A stretch of DNA of 64,000 nt from a virus. The first letter of the stretch is position 1; every line of letters starts with the position of its first letter. The stretch lies in IMG/VR virus record IMGVR_UViG_3300010352_001565, positions 115,055-179,054 of that record; one strand, 5' to 3'. The notes beneath the pieces are model-generated. The model saw only the letters and a list, made by a program, of their open reading frames with translations. It was not told the DNA's origin and did not search any database. Of the stretch, positions 27,295 to 36,483 are shown piece by piece. Made by a program: the position numbers and the translations under genes.

Positions 27295-28272
27295 ATGATT
27301 TTAACGCTTAGCACCAAAACGCCGGAACAAGCCGGATTCGACGAAGTAACCCGCGCCAGAGCTCACCGCATCCTCGAAAACAGGATGCCAGGCGTGACCC
27401 TGCCATACGTTCCTCTCGGGACCCACCTCTCAAGCGGAGAAGGAGCGCTGATTCACCACACCGGGATTTTTGGCTACTTGATCGCAGCGTGGTCAAACCA
27501 CTACTCGATCGTTATTCGACCTGACGACATTTGGTTTGCGGTTCTGTCTGAGATTGGAGCGGAGATCAAGCGCACTCCGAAAGTCTTTGAAAAGATGTTT
27601 ACCACATCCGACAAGAAGGAGCTGATCGTCATCCCAACTCTTGATCCGACAACTATCGATCCATCCGCCCTCGTTGACGCTTTGAGATCCAGAATGCCAA
27701 CAAACGTGGATGATTTCCTTGTCGAGTTCAGCACCACTACGGTATCGTCACGATTTGCCATGCAAGTTGCACTCTGCGACGCCGTTGATCCTTACTACTT
27801 GTACGGCACTATGCTATGCGGTTTCCCAGCCGTCGACATCTCAGGAACAAAAGAGGATTGGCACAAGCTCGTCGGAAAGCTTTCGAAGCTCGCGTATGCG
27901 TTCGAGCCAACCAGCAGCAAGGTTTGCGGATACTGCGCGAGAGTGGCTCGCATGGTTGACACAAAATTCAGAGCAGCGTTTGACCAGGACATGACTGCTG
28001 AGTTTGAGACCATGCTAAAACTTCGCAGGTGCGGAAGTGGATCGGACAAAGAAGTCAACGGCTGGATCACAGAGCTTTCAATTGGAAAGCGGACGGATTG
28101 GACTGATGCCGGGGAGCTTCCAACTCAGATCGCAATGATCAACTACAAGAATCTCGACACAGGCCGCACGTTCAAAATGTACTGCGGTCTGACCGAGAGC
28201 CGTTTCGCTGAAGGTGGCTTTCTAGTCCCTGATTACAAGGCCTACCGGGTCGAAACGACTCCGCGCAAATAA
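27295..28272 (+). CDS. hypothetical protein
   Basis: 325-aa ORF. Confidence 0.5.
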   Translation: MILTLSTKTPEQAGFDEVTRARAHRILENRMPGVTLPYVPLGTHLSSGEGALIHHTGIFGYLIAAWSNHYSIVIRPDDIWFAVLSEIGAEIKRTPKVFEKMFTTSDKKELIVIPTLDPTTIDPSALVDALRSRMPTNVDDFLVEFSTTTVSSRFAMQVALCDAVDPYYLYGTMLCGFPAVDISGTKEDWHKLVGKLSKLAYAFEPTSSKVCGYCARVARMVDTKFRAAFDQDMTAEFETMLKLRRCGSGSDKEVNGWITELSIGKRTDWTDAGELPTQIAMINYKNLDTGRTFKMYCGLTESRFAEGGFLVPDYKAYRVETTPRK

Positions 28273-28275
28273 GTG

Positions 28276-28304
28276 TTTACAAAATCGCGAATTCATGCTA
28301 TAGT
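28276..28304 (+). promoter_or_regulatory. sigma70-like promoter P4 (TTTACA-N17-TATAGT), ATG 6 nt downstream
   Basis: aagtgTTTACAaaatcgcgaattcatgcTATAGTgggggtATG. Confidence 0.5.
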
Positions 28305-28310
28305 GGGGGT

Positions 28311-28721
28311 ATGAGAAAAGCACCGCATTATGCAGTTGGAGATGTGATCAGCGTCATCAGAGGAAACCACGTCTTTGCTGAAGTTCCTGCAGCGTACGCT
28401 CGCAAGAATCACGCGTACAGCGCTGACAAACTTGGAATGCTGATCACAGTTGGAGAACCGCTGCGGTTAAAGTCGAATCCTGACGCAGAACGGCGCGCAG
28501 TGATCCTTGCCGTTGCAAAGGCGGTCGAGACAAACACTGGCGCAAGACTGCATCCTGACGTCATTGGAGACTTTATGCGCGCCAACCTGAATGAGCAGAA
28601 TCTCAGTGAATCTTACAACACGGCGTATCTTGCCGGCGACTACAGAGTCACGGAAGTCAGCTCAGGATTTGTGCGCGCAGCTAAGATCGACGGCGGAGAA
28701 ACCATCTCGGTATACTGCTAG
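28311..28721 (+). CDS. hypothetical protein
   Basis: 136-aa ORF 6 nt after P4. Confidence 0.45.
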   Translation: MRKAPHYAVGDVISVIRGNHVFAEVPAAYARKNHAYSADKLGMLITVGEPLRLKSNPDAERRAVILAVAKAVETNTGARLHPDVIGDFMRANLNEQNLSESYNTAYLAGDYRVTEVSSGFVRAAKIDGGETISVYC

Positions 28722-28729
28722 CTGCATGG

Positions 28730-28742
28730 TAGTTAGCGCGTG
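28730..28742 (+). promoter_or_regulatory. late-type motif TAGTTA-N4-GTG
   Basis: ggTAGTTAgcgcGTG. Confidence 0.5.
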
Positions 28743-29570
28743 ACTGGAGTAGAAAATGCTACTACGCACGGCGTTAAAGTGCAACTTCGTGGCTACGAGG
28801 GACGGCTCGCTGCATCCACCCACAAAGCAGTCGTTCTCGTGCGCCGCACCGACCCACCCGTAGAAGCTGAGGAACCTCCCGCAGCACCAGAACTTTCTGG
28901 GTCACTCATCGGCGGAAAGCCCGTCCTCACCTGGACCGTCCCGAGCGGAGCCATTGGATTTAAACTATTGCGCGCCAGCGCATTCGATGGGATCTACACC
29001 ACCATCGCTTCAACTTATCTCGTTATGCCAACCTATACCGACAACACTGCTGTGAAGGGAACTCACTACTGGTACAAAGTCATCGCGACCACAGGCGTTG
29101 GAGGTACTGGCACAAATAGTTCCGATTCAAACGTCGTTGACCTTCTTCTGATTCCTGCCATTCCGACAAACGTCGTGGTGACCACGAATGGTCAAGGCGG
29201 TCTAACGATCAGCTGGACTGGATCCACTGGAGCGACATCGTACACCGTGAAGCGCGGCACATCTTCAGGTGGTCCTTACAGCACTGTTGTTGGTAACCCG
29301 TCTGGGACTAGCATCAACGACTCTGGTCTTGCCGACTCGACCACGTACTACTACGTGGTGTGCGCCACGAATGCGACCGGGTCAAGCGCAGATTCGGCCC
29401 AAGGATCTGGGACAACTCTCGCCCCCGCGGCTCCGAACGCTCCGGTGCTCACTGGAGTCCTTCAGGGAGGAGTTCCTAAGCTCGACTGGACTTCGCCATC
29501 TGGCGCTAACGGCTACGTGTTGAAGCGCTCGACTGATGGATCAAACTTCACCGACGTCTATACGGTTTAG
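28740..29570 (+). CDS. fibronectin type III repeat protein (structural/decoration-like)
   Basis: Three ~85-aa repeats with PSGA.G(F/Y).L.R and YYY(V/K)V.ATN FN3-like signatures. Confidence 0.6.
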   Translation: MTGVENATTHGVKVQLRGYEGRLAASTHKAVVLVRRTDPPVEAEEPPAAPELSGSLIGGKPVLTWTVPSGAIGFKLLRASAFDGIYTTIASTYLVMPTYTDNTAVKGTHYWYKVIATTGVGGTGTNSSDSNVVDLLLIPAIPTNVVVTTNGQGGLTISWTGSTGATSYTVKRGTSSGGPYSTVVGNPSGTSINDSGLADSTTYYYVVCATNATGSSADSAQGSGTTLAPAAPNAPVLTGVLQGGVPKLDWTSPSGANGYVLKRSTDGSNFTDVYTV

Positions 29571-29583
29571 TAGTTAGGGTATG
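29571..29583 (+). promoter_or_regulatory. late-type motif TAGTTA-N4-ATG
   Basis: gTAGTTAgggtATG. Confidence 0.5.
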
Positions 29584-30090
29584 AACGGCGTCCAAGTACA
29601 GATATGTGGCCAGGTAGGGTGGCGCGCGTCGCTAGCAGCGAGTGCGCTTGTCCCGGTGTCTGACGACCACGGAGGCACAGGCAATCCTGTCGACGTAACG
29701 GCTGAGCAGGTCGCCGCCAGCCTTGAGTTTCTCTTCTCAAGTCCAAATCGCGTCTTCACAAGAAGCATTGGAGTGACTGAGAGCGGAGAGATGTTCGACA
29801 ACATTGTTTCGAATGGGTCGTACAGCAGCTCGGTCAACGTCAACATTATCAAGGCTTTCTTCCTATCTCCAAATGGGGAGTATCTCAGAGTCGTCACCAC
29901 ACAGAATGATGGGACGCGCATCGATGACGTCATACCGGCTCCTGCTGGAATCGACCGCTCGATTGAATCTCCGATTGTCAGCGCGCTGATACGCAAGGCG
30001 ATGTCTGGAGGCCAGTACTACTTCTTTATGGGGGTTGACAACAACGGACAACGGATTGACGAAGTCCGGGACTATCCTCCTCTAGTGTAA
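29581..30090 (+). CDS. hypothetical structural-module protein
   Basis: 169-aa ORF after late motif. Confidence 0.5.
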   Translation: MNGVQVQICGQVGWRASLAASALVPVSDDHGGTGNPVDVTAEQVAASLEFLFSSPNRVFTRSIGVTESGEMFDNIVSNGSYSSSVNVNIIKAFFLSPNGEYLRVVTTQNDGTRIDDVIPAPAGIDRSIESPIVSALIRKAMSGGQYYFFMGVDNNGQRIDEVRDYPPLV

Positions 30091-30099
30091 AGCTCCTGG

Positions 30100-30112
30100 T
30101 AGTTACGCTATG
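30100..30112 (+). promoter_or_regulatory. late-type motif TAGTTA-N4-ATG
   Basis: ggTAGTTAcgctATG. Confidence 0.5.
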
Positions 30113-31825
30113 ATACGGCGTATACTGCTTGCAGCAATTCTCTTAACGGCTCTCACCGCACGCGCAGGAACTCCCGCAGTTTTCCCTCTTGAAGAGGAGC
30201 TGCAGGATCAGACGCGCACCAATATCGCGAACTGGATGGTGGACGGGATTAACAAGTACGCGACAACTCCGCTTGACGTTCAGCTGATCAACTGGTTCGA
30301 CACGGCCGACACTGTCATGACAAACATCCTTCCTGTCGGGATGCTTGGCTACACCATCGACACCATGCAGCTTAGAGTTGGAGACGGATGCACTCCCGGT
30401 GGCCTTCCGTGCTCCCCGATAAGCATTCGTCCGGCGACGAGAAACAACGGGTACGACACGGCTCCGATGACCGGAATAAAAGGTCTTATTTATGATCCAG
30501 TGTGCGTAATAGTGGACGATCCTCTGTATGCTGCGTATCGGCGGATGGAGTCTGGGATGCTCTCTGAGCGCGGAGGAGTTATACCATTTGCAACTCACAC
30601 AGGAATACCTGGAATCAACTCTACCAACTTTAGCCAAACTGGAGGGTTTAATCTGACGTACGGAACTGACTCCAGTGGAGGAGAATACGCTGGGGGTTAT
30701 CCGATGCTGCTGTCGCTCATAGGAGGAAACTCGTCCTCTGGAACGCTGCTTCGAGGAACCGGAGGGTTAGGACTGCAGGTTTATGCTAGAGGAGGAATGG
30801 GAGGATCAGGTTTTTACACTACAAACGATCAAGATGTGGTGACGCGACATCCTGGAGGAGCTGGAGGTCCAGGATTCGTTATAAGTGGGTTTGCAGGAAA
30901 CGGAGGAGCGACCACAACAAACAAGGATACTGGTGAAGAATACGTAGGAATTTACGCTCTTCCTGCGTTTACCATAGCTTCAAAAAGTGGAAATTCATGG
31001 ACAACGAACAGAGGAGGCCGCGGAGGAGAGATACGCGCATCCGGAGGAAACGCTTCCATAAACGGAAAAAGACGAGGGTACAACGGAGGAATAATCTCGA
31101 TGCAGTCTGGAACTTATGGAGACGCTGGGTGCTTGATCCTTGACGGAGGATGGACTAACGGAGGAACGCTTCAATCCGTACTAAGCACATACGTCTCCTC
31201 AACCATCTTTTCGTCATCCAGCCCATCAGGTCCAATCTTAACCACGGATGAAATAACGCTTTTGGATGGATTTTCTTGTTACTCGAACAACGTTGCAGGA
31301 CTTAGCAAGCCCGCTGGAGGTTTGATCAACTCAATGGATCAAGCTGACCAGCCGCTCGGGTACGAAGCTAAAAATATCCTTAGGATAGCTTCTATGGCGC
31401 ACGAGGGGAGAGTCATTAGGTTTAAGCTCAGCGGATACATGAAAACGTCGGGGACTCCGATGCTTAACGTCAAGCTTAAAATAGGGAGCGCAATAATGTT
31501 TGAAACAGGTCCGCAGCAACTCGCCCAAGCATCCGGGTCTGGACAGCAGAACACTTGGACATACTCAGGAGAGATTGTGTCCACGCACACATTCGGGTAC
31601 GAAAACGTAAGCGACTATTCGACATATTACATCGAGGCGGTAGGACAAGCGTCATTTCAGTACAACACGTCTCACAGCTCTCCGCTTCAATCAATATCTG
31701 TTCCAAAACTAGATTCGACTAGGATCCACTATCTTATCGACAACACTATTGACGTCACAGCGGCATTCTCGGAACCAGGGAACACGCTGATCTGCACCTG
31801 CTCACTATTTGAACTTGTAAACTAA
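30110..31825 (+). CDS. secreted Gly-rich fibre-like protein (signal peptide)
   Basis: MIRRILLAAILLTALTARA signal peptide; N-terminal module like gene 970; Gly-rich GGxGG segments. Confidence 0.55.
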   Translation: MIRRILLAAILLTALTARAGTPAVFPLEEELQDQTRTNIANWMVDGINKYATTPLDVQLINWFDTADTVMTNILPVGMLGYTIDTMQLRVGDGCTPGGLPCSPISIRPATRNNGYDTAPMTGIKGLIYDPVCVIVDDPLYAAYRRMESGMLSERGGVIPFATHTGIPGINSTNFSQTGGFNLTYGTDSSGGEYAGGYPMLLSLIGGNSSSGTLLRGTGGLGLQVYARGGMGGSGFYTTNDQDVVTRHPGGAGGPGFVISGFAGNGGATTTNKDTGEEYVGIYALPAFTIASKSGNSWTTNRGGRGGEIRASGGNASINGKRRGYNGGIISMQSGTYGDAGCLILDGGWTNGGTLQSVLSTYVSSTIFSSSSPSGPILTTDEITLLDGFSCYSNNVAGLSKPAGGLINSMDQADQPLGYEAKNILRIASMAHEGRVIRFKLSGYMKTSGTPMLNVKLKIGSAIMFETGPQQLAQASGSGQQNTWTYSGEIVSTHTFGYENVSDYSTYYIEAVGQASFQYNTSHSSPLQSISVPKLDSTRIHYLIDNTIDVTAAFSEPGNTLICTCSLFELVN

Positions 31826-31826
31826 C

Positions 31827-33203
31827 ATGAAACTTAAACTAACGCTTCTGTTGCTGCTCGGTCTTACTTCAGCGCTTCCTGCTGTGGTGGTTAAATCCCG
31901 TCCTCCAACTCCAGTTCAGTGGTCAGTAACGAATTTGGATTGGAAAGTGGCCGATCCAGCTTCGTTTACCATGCCTCCGTTCACAAAAGATGTGTCGTAC
32001 GGAGTTGTTAAAAAGATCCTCTATTTTAGAGACTATGCCATAACGCGCAATCCTCAGTGGGGAATCTCCACCATAGGGAGCACTTTCGTTTTAAACGAAG
32101 ACGGAAGCAAAGCGATTCAGATTGGAAATGAACCTGGAAGACTAATTTTAGTTTATACCACTCCGCACGGGACGATGACCGCTAGGCTGTCATCCTCACC
32201 GGTTGGAGGTCAGCTTGAGGAATACAAGGACTACAAGCCTGGGACGCTAGGATACGACCTAAAGCACGGGATGTACCCATACTACGCCGGAAAAACAAAC
32301 CTTAGCACTCAATGGAGCTACTGGAGAACGTTTTACAGAAACAGAAACTGCTGGATGTACGGAATGGACATGTCGGGTCTCGCTACAGGCGGTCCTGACC
32401 ACCAACCTTGGACGGCCCAGAACCACGGACCAGACCTCACTTTGATTTCACCGAGTTATGCAGTAACTGCAAAGCACTGCTTAGCATATCCAGGTCTCAC
32501 AGACAAGGTCACAGGATGGACTTGCTACAACGAGGCGCGCTTCACATTTGACAACCATGGCATCGAAGAGGTTGAAAGAGTCACCCACTTCGAAAGCGAA
32601 TCTGGAGAGGTATTCGAAAACTTCATGGACGAGATCGTCTCGTGCCCAGACTCAGCGAAACAATCTGACCTGGTGCTTATCCACTTCAGATACCCATGCC
32701 CGTCATACATCCATCCATTCCAGGTGTTTACAATGGCTTACCATGACTATATCACCACCCCAATGAGCAGCGTTCCAGTCATGTGGCTCAAAAATAACGA
32801 CATCCACGGAAAAAGCGACTACTACTGGGGAGGTCTTATGGTTCTCGGGTATGGAACGGTAGAAGGAGGAAGCTGCAGTGCTAAAATGGTAGACTACACA
32901 TTCAAAGCAGTTCCGAACGAGTGGTACGACGTCAACGAGCTAGACCCCTACATGAATGGACCTTTTGCCCCGTTTGGTTTTAACGCTGCATGGGGAGGAG
33001 ACAGTTCTGGCCCTGTCTTTACCATCCTTAAGGACAACCCACTCCCAGTATTTTTGTTCGCGGTTCAGTCAGCGTCGATCAGCGGACCTGCAATAACAAA
33101 TGAAAGAGAGCTAGAGTGGATTGTAAAAGAGCTCGCTGACCACGGAGAGCACCTTAACGAAGTTGATTTGTCAAAATACCCTAAACTGAGCGAACTTCCA
33201 TGA
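31827..33203 (+). CDS. secreted trypsin-like (S1) serine protease, paralog 1
   Basis: Signal peptide MKLKLTLLLLLGLTSALPA; His motif VTAKHC (cf. TAAHC); Ser motif GDSSGP (cf. GDSGGP); C-terminal DLSKYPKLSELP shared with paralog 2. Confidence 0.65.
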   Translation: MKLKLTLLLLLGLTSALPAVVVKSRPPTPVQWSVTNLDWKVADPASFTMPPFTKDVSYGVVKKILYFRDYAITRNPQWGISTIGSTFVLNEDGSKAIQIGNEPGRLILVYTTPHGTMTARLSSSPVGGQLEEYKDYKPGTLGYDLKHGMYPYYAGKTNLSTQWSYWRTFYRNRNCWMYGMDMSGLATGGPDHQPWTAQNHGPDLTLISPSYAVTAKHCLAYPGLTDKVTGWTCYNEARFTFDNHGIEEVERVTHFESESGEVFENFMDEIVSCPDSAKQSDLVLIHFRYPCPSYIHPFQVFTMAYHDYITTPMSSVPVMWLKNNDIHGKSDYYWGGLMVLGYGTVEGGSCSAKMVDYTFKAVPNEWYDVNELDPYMNGPFAPFGFNAAWGGDSSGPVFTILKDNPLPVFLFAVQSASISGPAITNERELEWIVKELADHGEHLNEVDLSKYPKLSELP

Positions 33204-34516
33204 GAACACTAGTCGCACTGCTATTTTCTGCATACGCCGCCGTCGGCGGTCAGCTCGTGATGAAAGGAAAGGCTCCCGTTCCAGTAAACACAAAGCTGGA
33301 CCTAGCCCTTCGAAGGATCGACGTTCCGTTTACTGAAACGCGCGGCGAGACTATTAAAGGAGCGTTCACTCGCACGAGGGTCAGCCCTATCTGGTACCGC
33401 GAATACAACCCGCAGGTCGTTTGGCCGATGACTTCGATCGGTCCTGTCAGCGTTTCTGGAAATAAAGTGTCTGAGCTTGCGGACGGAAACGCTGTTGTTT
33501 GCTTTAGCACTCCTTACGGGATTATGACAAAACGGTGGTGCATAAAAACGGGAGGAGGGCTTTCATTCACAGACACTGGGTATGCTGAAGGAACGCTTGG
33601 CTACAGCCTTCAAAACGGAATGACCCCGCACTACGCCGGAAAATACGACGAGTCGCAGTGGAGGTTCACGAACACCTACAACAGGAATCCGAACTGCTGG
33701 ATGAAGGACCTTGACATGACCGGGCTGTCGACAGGAGCTTACGCAAACAGGTACGTTTACGACACCCCTCCAGTTCCAGACGCCGGTCCTAACAGGTCTG
33801 GGTTTGACTGCATCCTCATATCTCCGAGCTGCGCAATCACCGCCTGGCACTGCATAAACGGAACAGACGTGGATGTTGTCGGATATGCTCCTGGAAACGG
33901 AGAGACGACTCCATTCATAGCTGCCGACGGAACTGTGCACATAAGCAAAGCCACAACATTCTGGAATGTCTCTAAGGCCGTTAAAGCGTCAGATCCTGGA
34001 AACCCGGGCTACGACCTTTGCCTCGTCATACTCGACACCCCTCTTCCTCCAGATATTCACCCGTTCCAGATGATTCCTCCATGCTTCACAAACTATGTTC
34101 CAAACACTGGATCTTCCGGATACCCAATCCTAAACGGAATTCCAGTTATGTGGTTGAGAAACAACACTCAGAAGATGAATATTCAGTACCTTGGAGGAGA
34201 GAGCATAAATTGGCCGTGGATGGACTACGATCGTGACCCATACTCGGACAGCTACGAGCTCGGGTCCTCAGCAACGTATCCTCGGGTGTTATTTACAGAG
34301 CATGACGCAAACGGGGGAGACAGCGGCGGCCCTGCATTTGCAGTGCTTAAAGATGATCCACTTCCAGCGCTTGTCCTTGTAATTCACGGTCCAGTGTTTG
34401 GACCGACATACTGGTCCTCATACGATTGGATTACGAACAAGATATTCCAGACGTGCGGAGAGAAAGTTCACGAGATCGATTTGTCAAAGTACCCAAAGCT
34501 GGAAGATCTTCCATAA
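33200..34516 (+). CDS. secreted trypsin-like (S1) serine protease, paralog 2
   Basis: Signal peptide; ITAWHC His motif; canonical GDSGGP; C-terminal IDLSKYPKLEDLP; ATGA overlap with paralog 1. Confidence 0.7.
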   Translation: MRTLVALLFSAYAAVGGQLVMKGKAPVPVNTKLDLALRRIDVPFTETRGETIKGAFTRTRVSPIWYREYNPQVVWPMTSIGPVSVSGNKVSELADGNAVVCFSTPYGIMTKRWCIKTGGGLSFTDTGYAEGTLGYSLQNGMTPHYAGKYDESQWRFTNTYNRNPNCWMKDLDMTGLSTGAYANRYVYDTPPVPDAGPNRSGFDCILISPSCAITAWHCINGTDVDVVGYAPGNGETTPFIAADGTVHISKATTFWNVSKAVKASDPGNPGYDLCLVILDTPLPPDIHPFQMIPPCFTNYVPNTGSSGYPILNGIPVMWLRNNTQKMNIQYLGGESINWPWMDYDRDPYSDSYELGSSATYPRVLFTEHDANGGDSGGPAFAVLKDDPLPALVLVIHGPVFGPTYWSSYDWITNKIFQTCGEKVHEIDLSKYPKLEDLP

Positions 34517-34521
34517 AAGTG

Positions 34522-34550
34522 TTTACAAATCCATGGAAGCGCTGTACTGT
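34522..34550 (+). promoter_or_regulatory. sigma70-like promoter P5 (TTTACA-N17-TACTGT), ATG 6 nt downstream
   Basis: aaaagtgTTTACAaatccatggaagcgctgTACTGTgcttccATG. Confidence 0.45.
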
Positions 34551-34556
34551 GCTTCC

Positions 34557-35072
34557 ATGAAGTCATTCATCAGCGTAACGCCGATCCCGTCTGCGGACAC
34601 CGATCTCACTCGGTACGCCGCCGTGGTCAATGTCTCAGATAGCCCTGGGCGGGCGTTTAGCAGCCCAGTTCCACACTTCTGGTTTCCGATTCATGAGACC
34701 GGCTTTTGGGGATACCACGCTTTCTACGGTGCTGCGAAAGTATTTGACAAGTTTCGAGACCAAGGCCAGATTCTGATCCACTGCCACGGCGGCATAAGCC
34801 GCAGCCCATCAGTCGCGTTTGCCATTGCGCTGTCTGAGTTTCAGTCCTGGGTTCAAGCTGAGGAGGCTTTTGGTTATTACGGCAAGCGATACGGAGACGC
34901 TTACCGAGTAGAGCTTAACAGAAAGCGCATTCCAAAGGACGTGGTCAGGTTTCTAATTGAAAGGAAGGTGCATCCTACGTTCAGCCTAGGGGGTCTTCTT
35001 ACATCGATCAAGTCTCCAGATGCTTTCCCTCCAGGATGCAACAGAGGTCATAAGGGGCTCATTGCGGCATGA
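34557..35072 (+). CDS. dual-specificity/tyrosine protein phosphatase
   Basis: Active-site loop IHCHGGISRS (HCx5R(S/T)); ~170 aa DSP size; taken from the in-frame ATG 6 nt after P5 -10 rather than ORF-track start 34398. Confidence 0.65.
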   Translation: MKSFISVTPIPSADTDLTRYAAVVNVSDSPGRAFSSPVPHFWFPIHETGFWGYHAFYGAAKVFDKFRDQGQILIHCHGGISRSPSVAFAIALSEFQSWVQAEEAFGYYGKRYGDAYRVELNRKRIPKDVVRFLIERKVHPTFSLGGLLTSIKSPDAFPPGCNRGHKGLIAA

Positions 35073-35446
35073 ACGGCGTTAAGTCATCAGACAGAGCTTG
35101 GTACGCACCCGACGGAAGGGTGGGTCTGATGCCCATTCGCGGCATAAAGTTCGTTGAGCTCCCTAAAGTTGGGCAGTACGTCCAGGCTTTGCAACCGTGC
35201 GGCACCGGAGAGACGTCAAAGGCTACGTTCTCAATTTATTCTCCTGTAAGCGGCAAAGTGGCAGAGGTTAATCACAAAGCAATTTCAGACCCGTCAAAAA
35301 TATCGACCGACCCGTACGGAACGTGGCTGTTCAAAGTAGCCGCAACAAGCGGGACAGGTCACCTTAAAGCATGCAAGCCCTACCAAATAAAAATCACCGG
35401 ATCTACCTCGTCACACCCGAAACGATTCCTCCGCCGTCCGTTGTGA
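35069..35446 (+). CDS. glycine-cleavage H-protein-like lipoyl/biotinyl carrier domain protein
   Basis: IKFVELPKVGQYV.....GETSKATFSIYSPVSGKVAEVN...DP..I..DPYGTWLFKV parallels GcvH VFVELPEVG..ESVKAASDlysPvsGevvevN..DPygeGWl with Lys at lipoylation position. Confidence 0.55.
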   Translation: MNGVKSSDRAWYAPDGRVGLMPIRGIKFVELPKVGQYVQALQPCGTGETSKATFSIYSPVSGKVAEVNHKAISDPSKISTDPYGTWLFKVAATSGTGHLKACKPYQIKITGSTSSHPKRFLRRPL

Positions 35447-35883
35447 TACGCCACATAACTCGCGAGGTCGCGGATCTTAAGGCTTCGGTATTCTCTGGAG
35501 TTGGAGTTCCGCCACATCTCATCAACCCGCAATCGTTGGACATGAGGGCCGCTGAGCAGCTGTTCGTGGCAGCGGCGTCTGAAGCAATCACGCGAGAAAT
35601 TGCGAACAATCCTGACATTGAGAAGGATCACGCCTGCCGAGTAATGGGGATGCGAAAGTCAGACTACGACGCGGCAGTTCGAGCTTACAGGTCGGATGGC
35701 TACAAGCGCTCGTCTCGAAAACGAAAGAGGCACTGGAAGCGCCAGGTCTACCTCATCATACAGAAGAGGAAGGCTGGATGGGTTTCGAACTTCGCGTCAG
35801 TGTACGGTCATCCAAGCAAAGAAATCTCCGTTCTAATCGGGCATGGAAAACCTCGAAACGGAAGCGCTTCAGTCTGTCCTTGA
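35371..35883 (+). CDS. hypothetical basic protein (true start probably internal)
   Basis: ORF overlaps gene 35069 by 75 nt; basic C-terminal part. Confidence 0.3.
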   Translation: MQALPNKNHRIYLVTPETIPPPSVVIRHITREVADLKASVFSGVGVPPHLINPQSLDMRAAEQLFVAAASEAITREIANNPDIEKDHACRVMGMRKSDYDAAVRAYRSDGYKRSSRKRKRHWKRQVYLIIQKRKAGWVSNFASVYGHPSKEISVLIGHGKPRNGSASVCP

Positions 35884-36127
35884 GATAAACAGGCAGCTGT
35901 ACGAATGCATCCCGCAATTTATTGAAGAAAACGGTCCGCTTGTTGAGTTTGTCAGCATCGGCGAAGACTGCGCGGTGAACTTTATGGGAATCTCGATCTT
36001 TGACTCGGCGGTTGACGAGCGGGAGTGGAAGGACGAGGAAAACGGAGAGCGCGAACCGATTGGTCCATATCTGAAGCGACGGGTTTACGAAGTCGCAGGA
36101 GAACTCGTCAAAATAGAGCTGAAATAG
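35843..36127 (+). CDS. hypothetical acidic protein
   Basis: 94-aa ORF. Confidence 0.35.
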   Translation: MENLETEALQSVLEINRQLYECIPQFIEENGPLVEFVSIGEDCAVNFMGISIFDSAVDEREWKDEENGEREPIGPYLKRRVYEVAGELVKIELK

Positions 36128-36465
36128 TGTACACAACGCCACCAGGATCAACTGTCGCTCGCTGCGCGAGTTACTGCTCGCACTGTGAGGACTACCACTT
36201 TAGTGAGCCTTGGCCGTGCGCCAAAGAGCGCAAATCTGAAGTTAAAAAGGAAGTGAAGGGTCTCGCAAAGTCTGATCTGTGCGAGGAGAGCAAGGCTTAT
36301 CTTAAGGAAACCCGCCGAGCGCGGGCTGCAGCCCATCCGACTTCTGCATCAATCGCTCTGGCCGAGTCTGAGCCAGAGCCGCAGAAGAATCCTGTCATGT
36401 TTAAAAACAGTGGCTTTCTAAGCCTCATTCTTGGAGGAGCGAAAGCCAACAGCATCTCTGACTAG
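36127..36465 (+). CDS. hypothetical Cys-rich protein (GTG start candidate within ORF 36025..36465)
   Basis: CASYCSHCEDYHF..PWPC. Confidence 0.3.
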   Translation: MYTTPPGSTVARCASYCSHCEDYHFSEPWPCAKERKSEVKKEVKGLAKSDLCEESKAYLKETRRARAAAHPTSASIALAESEPEPQKNPVMFKNSGFLSLILGGAKANSISD

Positions 36466-36470
36466 GTCGC

Positions 36471-36483
36471 TAGTTAGCGCATG
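36471..36483 (+). promoter_or_regulatory. late-type motif TAGTTA-N4-ATG
   Basis: gcTAGTTAgcgcATG. Confidence 0.5.

Noticed and set aside
34398-34556. Upstream extension of the phosphatase ORF starting at 34398
   Set aside because: It overlaps the 3' end of protease gene 33200. Promoter P5 places the transcription start at ATG 34557, consistent with the other 13 promoters with this spacing.
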